Positions 1 to 10,768 of a DNA stretch of 64,000 bases are shown here, piece after piece; the first letter of the stretch is position 1; the number at the start of each line of letters is the position of its first letter. This DNA is from an uncultured Campylobacter sp. (GTDB lineage Bacteria; Campylobacterota; Campylobacteria; Campylobacterales; Campylobacteraceae), in assembly GCA_963525605.1 (NCBI GenBank), contig CAURKZ010000004.1, positions 95,379 to 159,378 on the forward strand, in the 5' to 3' direction. Below the pieces are notes generated by a model that had not been told where the DNA came from, searched no databases, and saw only the letters and a program-made list of their open reading frames with translations. A program made the translations under genes and the position numbers.

Positions 1-3275
<3,275 letters not shown>

Positions 3276-3286
<11 letters not shown>

Positions 3287-3461
3287 GGAAAAAATGGAAA
3301 AAATTAGCGCGCTTTTAAAAAGCCTAAACGACAAGGATCTGAGCCTAGAGGAGAGCGTGAAGCTGTATAAACAGGGCGTCGCGCTGCTAAAGGAGGCGAA
3401 GGAAATTTTAGAAAACGCCAAACTCGAGGTCGCCGAAATAAACGCACCCGAGCAGGCTTAG
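3276..3461 (+). CDS. xseB: exodeoxyribonuclease VII small subunit
   Basis: 61-aa helical protein (FEEKMEKISALLKSLNDKDLSLEESVKLYKQG) matching the XseB family pattern. Start overlaps the metX 3' end. Confidence 0.8.
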
Positions 3462-3470
3462 GAGGCGGCG

Positions 3471-4646
3471 ATGATAAACGTATGCGTTTTACAGCTACCG
3501 ACGCTTTCGATGAGTGAAAATCGGATCGATTACTATATGAAGGTCGCCAAAGACAACGGCGCGCGGATCGTGCTACTGGGCGAATATGAGCTAAATTCCT
3601 TCTTTAGCGAGCTTAAAAAGATGCCCCGCTCCATCGCGTGCGAACAGAGCGAGCACAAGCAGGAGCTGATGGCGCGGCTGGCCGCCAAATACGACCTGCA
3701 TATCGTAGCGCCGATAATCAGAGCCGCAAGCGGCGCGATTTTGAGGCGGGCGGGCATTTTCGGCGGCGCGGCTCAAAAAAGCGCACGCGGCGGCGGCGAA
3801 AATTCCTTAAGCCTTAAAAGTGAGCCCGGTTGCAAGGGCGAGCTAAATTCCAAGAGCGATTTAAATTCCAACGGCGGCTTAAATTCCGAAGGCGCTTTAA
3901 ATTCCAAAAGCAAGCAGAGTTCCAAAGGCGGCTTAAGCTCCTGTGGCGCGCACGCTTTAAATTTCAAAGCCGCAAATTCCGCAGACGGTTTAAATTTAAG
4001 CGCTTCGATCCCGAGCAACTCGAACGCTTCAAATTTAAAAGCCGAAAGCCAAAAAGATGCGAGCGAAGAGGAGATCTTTTGCGCGAGCGAAAACGAGCCT
4101 ATCTGGGTGAAATCCTGCGCGAAATTTTCGCCCTCGGAGGTGAAATTTTACGATCAAAATATCCTGATGGATTATCCGCACTGGAACGAGGAGGGCTTTT
4201 TCGCCAACCGCAAAAGCCGCAAAATCGGTAAAATTTCGCCGATGATCTTTAGCGAAGGCGGCGTGAAATTCGGCGTCTGCTTCGGCTACGAGGCGCATTT
4301 TGACGTATTTTGGCACTATTTTATGCAGAAAAACGTCGGTTGCGTGCTCGTGCCGTGTGCCTCGACCTTCGAAAGCGGCGGGCGCTGGCGCGAACTTTTG
4401 AAGATGCGCGCGTTTACGAACTCGCTCTACGTCATCCGCGCCAACCGCATCGGTGAGGCGAAATTCGGCGAAAGCGAGTTTAAATTTTACGGCGAGAGCT
4501 TCGTCGCGACCCCCGGCGGCGAGATCGCAAACGAACTGAAAAACGAAGAGGGCGTGCTGATGTGCGAAGTGGACGCGGGCGAGATCGCTGCGGCGCGCGG
4601 GTTGTGGAAATTCCGAAAAAATCTAGTCGGCAGGGGGCTTTTATGA
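3471..4646 (+). CDS. carbon-nitrogen hydrolase (nitrilase superfamily) protein carrying a ~100-aa low-complexity insertion
   Basis: N-terminal RIVLLGEYEL (catalytic Glu region) and C-terminal FGVCFGYEAHF (catalytic Cys), VIRANRIG, GESFVATPGGE. The segment from about aa 100 to 205 is LNS/K-rich tandem-repeat sequence. Confidence 0.75.
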   Translation: MINVCVLQLPTLSMSENRIDYYMKVAKDNGARIVLLGEYELNSFFSELKKMPRSIACEQSEHKQELMARLAAKYDLHIVAPIIRAASGAILRRAGIFGGAAQKSARGGGENSLSLKSEPGCKGELNSKSDLNSNGGLNSEGALNSKSKQSSKGGLSSCGAHALNFKAANSADGLNLSASIPSNSNASNLKAESQKDASEEEIFCASENEPIWVKSCAKFSPSEVKFYDQNILMDYPHWNEEGFFANRKSRKIGKISPMIFSEGGVKFGVCFGYEAHFDVFWHYFMQKNVGCVLVPCASTFESGGRWRELLKMRAFTNSLYVIRANRIGEAKFGESEFKFYGESFVATPGGEIANELKNEEGVLMCEVDAGEIAAARGLWKFRKNLVGRGLL

Positions 4647-5308
4647 ACTACTTTCACAGACAGATCCAACTTTGGGGTGAGCAGACGCAGCGCGCGCTTG
4701 CGGATAAGCGCATCCTAATCATCGGCGCAGGTGGGCTTGGAAGCAGCCTTGCTTACGCTCTGGGCGCAAGCGGTATCGGGCGGATCAGCGTCGTGGATTT
4801 CGACACGGTGGCGATTCACAATATCCACAGGCAAATTTTATTCACGCTCGCAGACGAGGGCAAATTTAAAGCGGACGTTTTTAAAAGCCGCACGGAAAGC
4901 CGCTACGACGGCGTGAGCGTGGATGTGCATAAGAGCCGCGCGGAGGAATTTTTCGCTAGTGCTATAGACTCGGGCGAGAAATTTGATCTCATTTTGGATG
5001 CGACCGACAATCTCGCTACGCGCGCGCAGATCGATGCCTTTGCTAAGCAAATAGGCGTACCGTGGGTGTTTGCGTCGGTAGATAGCTGGCAGTGCCAAGT
5101 CTGCTTCGTGCAGGATGCGGATTTTAAATTTTTCCCTAGCCTAAACGCGACGCCTGCGGGCATAACGGCTGCGATCGTGATGTTTGCGGCAAGCTTTGAG
5201 GCAAACCTCGCTCTGCGCTACCTAGCGGGGCTTGATGTCGAAAAAGACCTGCTTTACTACGCGAACTTTTTTAGCGGCGAGCTGGAAGTTAGGAAGATAA
5301 AATTGTAG
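4643..5308 (+). CDS. ThiF/MoeB/HesA-family E1-like adenylyltransferase (short form)
   Basis: The ATG at 4643 overlaps the upstream stop (ATGA). RQIQLWGEQTQRAL, Rossmann ILIIGAGGLGSSLAYALGASGIG, VDFDTV..HNIHRQ. The longer ORF-track start at 4562 lies inside the previous gene. Confidence 0.8.
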   Translation: MNYFHRQIQLWGEQTQRALADKRILIIGAGGLGSSLAYALGASGIGRISVVDFDTVAIHNIHRQILFTLADEGKFKADVFKSRTESRYDGVSVDVHKSRAEEFFASAIDSGEKFDLILDATDNLATRAQIDAFAKQIGVPWVFASVDSWQCQVCFVQDADFKFFPSLNATPAGITAAIVMFAASFEANLALRYLAGLDVEKDLLYYANFFSGELEVRKIKL

Positions 5309-5317
5309 CTTGAAGGG

Positions 5318-5650
5318 TTAGTTTTCATAAGATTCTTTTCTTGCATTTTTTATCTCATCGGATGAGATCTCGTCTATATATTTATCTAGCTTTTTTAAAT
5401 TATCTTTATACGGCTGATCAAGCTTACGACCATTTTTATCTATAGTATACATATGGATGGATACCGCTTCCATTTCATTTAGCTCGCTTGCAAATTTCGT
5501 ATATTCATAAACATCTTTAAATGTAGAATTTCTATATTTGCGATATACCGTCGTTATAAGCGAAATTTCACTTTTAGATATATAATAGGTTGCATCGTAG
5601 TTTATTTCAGAATAGCTACATAAATTATATATAGCGTCTGTGGCAATCAT
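5318..5650 (-). CDS. hypothetical protein (110 aa) in AT-rich island
   Basis: Intact ORF in a visibly AT-rich segment. Overlaps the 3' end of the upstream ankyrin gene by 26 nt. No recognisable motif. Confidence 0.45.
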   Translation of the reverse strand: MIATDAIYNLCSYSEINYDATYYISKSEISLITTVYRKYRNSTFKDVYEYTKFASELNEMEAVSIHMYTIDKNGRKLDQPYKDNLKKLDKYIDEISSDEIKNARKESYEN

Positions 5651-6638
5651 CGTATTTTCGTTTTAGAAATTCCGGGCTCGGTTGTCCGCCTACGTTATAC
5701 TGCATAAGCAGCTTTAAAATCGGTTCGTAATTTGGAGTGCCCGGAAATGTATCATACAATGAAAAATCATATTCGGTAATATCAAATCCGTCCGTCGGTT
5801 CCGCTTTATCATTTAATATTCCCTCGGGCACGACCTTCTTGATATCGTTTCCGTACCTTAGACCCACCGTAGAGTTTTGAAATTTCCAAATATATGGCTT
5901 GTAGCCGCTTTCTAATGCCATCTTTGCTATCTCATACATATTCGTATTCGTAAGATATGAAAAGAAATAATTCGGCTCTCCTATACTAATCATAGGGCAG
6001 TTGGTATCATAAATCAACGTAAAATTTCCATCGTCACTTATTTGCAAAGATTTTATATGGTTATAATTCGGCGGAAGCAGTCTGTTTCTAACGACCTCCG
6101 CCTCTTCAAATTTAACGCCGTTGTCTAAAAGCAGTCTTACCGATTTAGTAGCATTATTTTCTATAGCATAAGCCATAGCGGATAGCTTGTATTCGTCTTT
6201 TTTATGTATATCCGCACCTAGCTTTATAAGCTCTTGGGTAGTATTTGTATCGTCCCAAAAGCTGGAATACATCACGGGCGTTACCCCTCCGTGCATAGTA
6301 TGATCGACGGTTAGATTGTTATCTTTCATAAATTTTAAAATTTCATCAGTTTGCTTGCTTTTTAAAAGCCTTTTTAGCTCTACGTCTATGGCGGGTTCTT
6401 TAAATACGTTTTTTGGATTTGAATTATAATCTATATCCCAATGTCTAAATGCAAAACTTTGCATCTCCGCTTCGCTTACATACTTGTCAAGCCCTGCTTC
6501 TTTAGTAGCATCAGAGCCTATCGTAATAGTGTAGTGAGATTGAGATTTATGAAGTCCTACTCTTCCGCTTATGAATAGATACAAAATAAGGCAAGCAAAA
6601 ACTGCGATAAATTGCAATATAGCTTTTAAATATTTCAA
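5625..6638 (-). CDS. signal-anchored ankyrin-repeat protein
   Basis: 337 aa. N-terminal hydrophobic helix (ILQFIAVFACLILYLFI). Ankyrin-like repeats (GVTPVMYSSFWDDTNTTQELIKLGADIHKKD; LSAMAYAIENNATKSVRLLLDNGVKFE). AT-rich codon usage unlike the flanks. Confidence 0.65.
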   Translation of the reverse strand: MKYLKAILQFIAVFACLILYLFISGRVGLHKSQSHYTITIGSDATKEAGLDKYVSEAEMQSFAFRHWDIDYNSNPKNVFKEPAIDVELKRLLKSKQTDEILKFMKDNNLTVDHTMHGGVTPVMYSSFWDDTNTTQELIKLGADIHKKDEYKLSAMAYAIENNATKSVRLLLDNGVKFEEAEVVRNRLLPPNYNHIKSLQISDDGNFTLIYDTNCPMISIGEPNYFFSYLTNTNMYEIAKMALESGYKPYIWKFQNSTVGLRYGNDIKKVVPEGILNDKAEPTDGFDITEYDFSLYDTFPGTPNYEPILKLLMQYNVGGQPSPEFLKRKYDDCHRRYI

Positions 6639-6794
6639 AATTTCCCCTTAGAATTAATTAGGAGGATTATATCTTAAATCAAATTAAATCGAAATTTTAC
6701 ATGGCGGGCGGGTAAAATTTATATAAATTTAGCCCGCAAGCCTTGAAATTTGAGCAAATTTAGAAGATAAATGCGTATTTAGAATTTTAAAGCT

Positions 6795-7205
6795 CTATCC
6801 CAAATCGCTCAAAAGATCCGCCAAGCTCACGCTTGATAGGGATTTTTTAAAATCATTCTGAATGCGAGCAAAGCGCGGCGCGAGTACCGCCTCGATCTTG
6901 CCGCCCACGGGGCAGGCGCTAGGCGAGCCTTTGTGTAGGCGAAACATCGCGTCCTCCTCGCTCACCGCTTCATAAATGTCTAAAAGCGTGATGAACCGCG
7001 CGTCGCGAGCCAGCGTGATGCCGCCCACACCCGCAGTCGTGAGCACCAAGGCTGCATTTCTTAGCTGCGAGATCAGCTTGCGCGCGATGGCGGGGTTTAT
7101 CCCCGAGCTTGCGGCGACGAAATCGCCCGTAACCTTCTCCTCGCGAAAATACGCGACGCAAAGCATGATGTGCACCGCGAGTGAAAATTTGATACCTACT
7201 TGCAT
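6795..7205 (-). CDS. Rrf2-family transcriptional regulator
   Basis: 136 aa. N-terminal winged-HTH typical of Rrf2 (FSLAVHIMLCVAY..., SSGINPAIARKLISQLRNAALV). Confidence 0.85.
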   Translation of the reverse strand: MQVGIKFSLAVHIMLCVAYFREEKVTGDFVAASSGINPAIARKLISQLRNAALVLTTAGVGGITLARDARFITLLDIYEAVSEEDAMFRLHKGSPSACPVGGKIEAVLAPRFARIQNDFKKSLSSVSLADLLSDLG

Positions 7206-7239
7206 TTCGCTCCTTGATTTGGATCTGAGTTTTAGAATT

Positions 7240-7470
7240 TAAGCGAAATTTTCCTTAAACTCGGCCGCTAAATTTCAGATCGCGCTAAAATTTAATCCAC
7301 CAAGCGATTTTCCTAAAATTCTGATCTTAAATTTAATCGTGTCTAAATTTTACCCGCTAAATGATTTCCTAATATTCGGATATTAAATTTAATCGTTACA
7401 AAATTCCATCCGCTAAGCGATCTTTTTAAAATTTAGATATTAATTTTAATCGCGCCTAAATTTCATCCGC
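7240..7470. repeat. tandem array of four ~56-60-bp degenerate units
   Basis: Units start near 7240, 7302, 7359 and 7415. By-eye consensus TAAGCGATTTTCCTAAAATTCnGATnTTAAATTTAATCGnGnCTAAATTTnAnCCGC. Confidence 0.75.
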
Positions 7471-7499
7471 GACATAGCGAGCCGCGCGCCGCCGATACC

Positions 7500-7935
7500 G
7501 ATAGTGCGACTATACCTGTCTCGTCACCGCAACTGTCACTATCGTCGCCACTACTACATTATCTTTGCCGACATTGTCGCCGTCGCTACTACCAATTCAT
7601 TATATTTGCAGCAGATCGCTATTGCCGCTTGCCGCTACGCTACCACCACTCATTATCTTTACGGCTATTGTTTGCAATCGCCGCGACGCCGTTCATTATA
7701 TTCTCGCTGCCGCCCGCTGTGATACGGCTAGCGCTAATACCGCCACTCGTGCCGCTGCCGCCTACCGTCGTTGCAGCCGCTACCGCTGCTCATTACCACT
7801 GCTGCCGTTGTCGCGAATACAATCGCCGCTATCGCCACCGCCGCTATTATTTGAATACAATCGCTACCGATGTTCTGCAACGCAATCACAGCCATCATTA
7901 ATAACCGTGCGTCTGTCGCCACCATCGCCATTAAA
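7500..7935. repeat. strand-asymmetric degenerate repeat block (units ~41-53 bp punctuated by CATTAT)
   Basis: CATTAT(C/A)TT motifs at about 7557, 7598, 7651, 7694 and 7791, with variants near 7845 and 7894. They are separated by GCC/GCT/ACC-rich stretches. All three + frames are stop-free over long stretches (overlapping ORFs 7504-7722, 7565-7948 and 7629-7901), with no protein-like translation. Confidence 0.6.
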
Positions 7936-8210
7936 TTTTAAATTTTAGCTTGAGTTCGGCTCCGCCGCTAAATTTAATTTCAAGCCGTAGCTAGCTCTAA
8001 ATTTTAATTCAAACATAGGCTCTGTCCTGGTGCTAAATTTTGATTTAAAGCCCGAGCTTGCTTTGCCGATAAATTTTAAATTTGCGTTCGAATTTTACCG
8101 CGCTAAACGATTTAAAATTTACGTTAGAATTTTGCTGTGCCGCGCGGTTTAAAATTTGTATCCACATTCACCGTACCCGTATAATTAAAATTTTCGTCCA
8201 CGTTTTGCCC

Positions 8211-8238
8211 GCCGCGCGGTTTAAAATTTACGCGCGGC
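8211..8238. repeat. REP-like hairpin (8-bp GC stem, AAAATTT-containing loop)
   Basis: GCCGCGCG-gtttaaaattta-CGCGCGGC, 10 nt downstream of the stop at 8248. A half-copy (gccgcgcggtttaaaattt) lies near 8140. Confidence 0.6.
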
Positions 8239-8247
8239 AACGCCGCA

Positions 8248-8872
8248 TTATTCGCCGACCGCCGTGAACGGCTTACCGATAAATTTTTGCGCCCCGATCT
8301 CATCTATTACGGCGAGCGCGAGGTCTGCGTAGCCGATGTAACTTTTGCCTTTGCCGTTTAGGATCAGCTCGTCGCCTCCGAGGACGTATGAGCCCGTGTG
8401 CGCGGCGTTTGCGTCGTATTCCGCGGCAGGGATCACGTAGGTCCAGATCAAATCTTTGCTCGCTTTTAGCACCTCGTAGCTCGCCGCAGTCGCCTCGGCT
8501 ACGCCCATATACTCAGCCGGAAAGCTTGGAGTATCCATCAGGCGCGTCTTGCGCGAAGCGTCTGTGTATAACACGCCCGCGCCGCCGATGACGAAAAGTC
8601 TCGTCTGCGTGCCGCTTAGCAGCTCCGCGATGTGCTGCGTCATTTTCGCGTGAAGCGGGAAGGTCTGCGGCGTCCATGCAGCGATCGCGCTGATGACGAC
8701 GTCAAAGCCCGCCAAATCGGCTTTGCTAAGCTCGAAAACGTCCTTGTGCACGAGCTTGATAGCGCCGTTTTTATATTCTTTGTTTCGCGCGAAGCCCGTT
8801 ACGTCGTAGCCCTGCTTTAGTGCCTCCGCAACTAGCGCGCTACCCGATTTCCAGGATTGCTACCTTTTTCAT
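8248..8872 (-). pseudogene. NAD(P)H-binding (NmrA/atypical SDR-like) oxidoreductase, frameshifted at the Rossmann motif
   Basis: An SD (AAGGA) plus ATG at 8872 gives MKKVAILEIG then a stop. A different frame continues KSGSALVAEALKQGYDVTGFARNKEYKNGAIKLVHKDVFEL into the 167-aa ORF 8248-8751. The expected G-x-x-G-x-x-G (ILGATGKSGS-like) is truncated, and the 625-nt span is not a multiple of 3. Confidence 0.6.
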
Positions 8873-9082
8873 TTTCTATCCTTCAAATTTAGATTTTTGT
8901 TTGCTCACACAGCCGCTTATCGCTACTGCAAGCCAATTCACTTCCGCCGCAGCTAATGTACTTATCATACGACCATCTATCGCCGCTGTCGCAGCAGATA
9001 CGCCCGCCACGTAGGGCGTCTGCCGCGCTTTGCAATTTAAAATTTACACCTGCGCTTTGCCGCGCGCTTATCTTGCGAAATT

Positions 9083-9457
9083 TTACAGCCAGCTTGGCTT
9101 TACATCGTCGTTTATCACGCCGTCGCCGTTAGTGTACTGCTCTAAGCTGCCGCGTTTAGTTTGGATACAGATAAACTTCATTCCTTGCGCGCCCGCCTTG
9201 AAGCATCTTTTACCCGCTGGATCGATGCGGATCGCGTCGCCCTCGCCCACCGCCTTCTCCTCGCCGTCGATAAAGAGCGTGCCGCCGCCTTTTAGCACCA
9301 AGTAAAGCTCCTCGTTTTGCTTGTGCGAATGCACGAAAGGCACGCTCACGTTTGCGGGAAGCTCGTTGATAGAAAGCTCACAGCCGCTTAAGCCTAGAGC
9401 TTCTTTTAGCTCGACTCTAGGTTCGCTTTTCGTTGAAACGATCTTGTAGTTTGACAT
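9083..9457 (-). CDS. cupin-domain protein
   Basis: 124 aa. Cupin motifs VPFVHSHKQNEELYLVLKGGG and GDAIRIDPAGKR. Confidence 0.8.
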   Translation of the reverse strand: MSNYKIVSTKSEPRVELKEALGLSGCELSINELPANVSVPFVHSHKQNEELYLVLKGGGTLFIDGEEKAVGEGDAIRIDPAGKRCFKAGAQGMKFICIQTKRGSLEQYTNGDGVINDDVKPSWL

Positions 9458-9481
9458 CTTTTTTCTCCTTGTAAATTTTTG

Positions 9482-9553
9482 TTGTAATGTTATAACTTAC
9501 AACTGATAAGCGAATTATAGTAAAATTTTGTTGTAATGTCAAGAGTTACAGCA
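9482..9553. promoter_or_regulatory. two operator-like inverted repeats upstream of the cupin gene
   Basis: GTTGTAA-N9-TTACAAC is perfect at 9482-9504. A related copy, GTTGTAATGTCAAGAGTTACAGC, lies at 9531-9553. Both are preceded by TTTT. They sit 25-96 nt upstream of the cupin start at 9457. Confidence 0.45.
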
Positions 9554-9811
9554 GAAATTCCGCAAAATTTGACGCGAATTTTAAAATCAGCTAAAATCCG
9601 CGCGATTTTAACCGAAGGATTTTTATGCAAAATAGCGCATTTAAGACCTTTGCGACAAGCCTTGGCGACGCGCCGAGGCTAGTGGAAGAGTTTAGCAAGT
9701 TAAAGACATCGGCAAGCGCGTAAACGTCGAGCCAGAAGGCGATATGGATAAAATTTAAGCGCTTTTTTGTGGTATAATGTACCTAAAATTTGCCGAAAAA
9801 CGAGGTTTAAA

Positions 9812-10768
9812 ATGCACGAAAATCACGCTCGTTGCGAGCATTCGCACGCGTCAAATAAAACCATTTTGAGAAATTCTTTCCTTATGATATCCGCTTTTAT
9901 GCTGGTCGAGGTCGCGGGCGGCTTTGCGACGAACTCGCTCGCCCTGCTCTCGGACGCCGGACACATGCTATCAGACGCCGCGGCGCTCGGGCTTTCGCTG
10001 TTTGCGTTTAAATTCGGCGAACGCAAAGGCAATCTGCAAAAGACCTTCGGCTACAGGCGGATTGAAATTTTAGCCGCGGCGATAAACGCCCTCGCCCTCG
10101 TCGCGATCGCCGTTTTGATCGTCATCGAGGCGGCGCGGCGATTCCAAAATCCGCCCGAAGTAGCTACCGCGGGGATGCTCGCCATCAGCACGCTGGGTCT
10201 TGCCGTAAACATCGTCGTGGCGCTTTACATGCTACGTGGCAGCGACGTGAGAGAAAACGTCAATATGCGCGGCGCCTATGCGCACGTACTCGGCGACGCC
10301 CTGGGCTCGGTGGGCGCGATTACGGCGGCACTGCTGATGATGTGTTTTGGCTGGGGCTGGGCGGACGCGGCAGCTAGCGTGCTCGTGGCCGCGCTCATCG
10401 TAAAAAGCGGCTGGGGCGTGCTAAAAGACAGCCTAAACATCCTGATGGAGGGCTCGCCAAAGGGCGTGTGCCTGGACGGGCTCGTCGCGCAGATCAGGGG
10501 CGTGGACGGCGTGCTTTCGGTGCACGACCTGCACGTCTGGAGTATCACGAGCGGCGCAAACGCGCTCACGGCTCACATCGTAGTTAGCGGCGAGCTGAGC
10601 GTGCGCGAAGCGGAGCGGATCTTGCGCGAAATATCGCACGAAATGGAGCATCTGGGCATCACGCATACGACCTTACAGCTTGAAAGCAGCGATAACGAAT
10701 GCGGCGGCGAGCTAATCTGCGAAGTAAGATCAAATGGCGCAGGTGGGCATTTGGGGCATAGTCATTAA
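9812..10768 (+). CDS. czcD: cation diffusion facilitator (CzcD/ZitB-type) metal efflux transporter
   Basis: ATG at 9812 after a GAGG SD. His-rich N- and C-termini (HENHARCEHSHAS; GGHLGHSH). TM2/TM5 metal-site motifs HMLSDAAAL and HVLGDALGS. C-terminal HDLHVWS. Confidence 0.9.
   Translation: MHENHARCEHSHASNKTILRNSFLMISAFMLVEVAGGFATNSLALLSDAGHMLSDAAALGLSLFAFKFGERKGNLQKTFGYRRIEILAAAINALALVAIAVLIVIEAARRFQNPPEVATAGMLAISTLGLAVNIVVALYMLRGSDVRENVNMRGAYAHVLGDALGSVGAITAALLMMCFGWGWADAAASVLVAALIVKSGWGVLKDSLNILMEGSPKGVCLDGLVAQIRGVDGVLSVHDLHVWSITSGANALTAHIVVSGELSVREAERILREISHEMEHLGITHTTLQLESSDNECGGELICEVRSNGAGGHLGHSH

Noticed and set aside
3773-4231. ORFs 3773-4018 (-) and 3830-4231 (+) with KF/RR/LE-rich translations.
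   Set aside because: They arise because the 18-nt repeat insertion in the C-N hydrolase gene lacks stops in several frames. The hydrolase frame is the only one continuous with conserved flanking domains.
7240-7470. Possible CRISPR array. The same idea was considered for 14930-15200.
   Set aside because: The repeats are degenerate. There are no unique spacers of regular length between conserved repeats, and spacing is irregular in the 14.9-kb case (55, 34, 34 nt). No cas genes are in the window.
7504-7948. Four overlapping ORFs (72, 127, 90 aa on +; 65 aa on -) considered as genes.
   Set aside because: They mutually overlap in different frames. The translations are compositionally bizarre (Pro/Leu/Ser/Arg/Tyr runs), which is explained by the skewed repeat DNA. 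The region is reported as a repeat block instead.
9625-9723. 32-codon ORF (MQNSAFKTFATSLGDAPRLVEEFSKLKTSASA) with a GAAGGA SD in the cupin-czcD spacer.
   Set aside because: It is too short and featureless to call as a gene from sequence alone. It is mentioned under the operator finding as something Ribo-seq could test.
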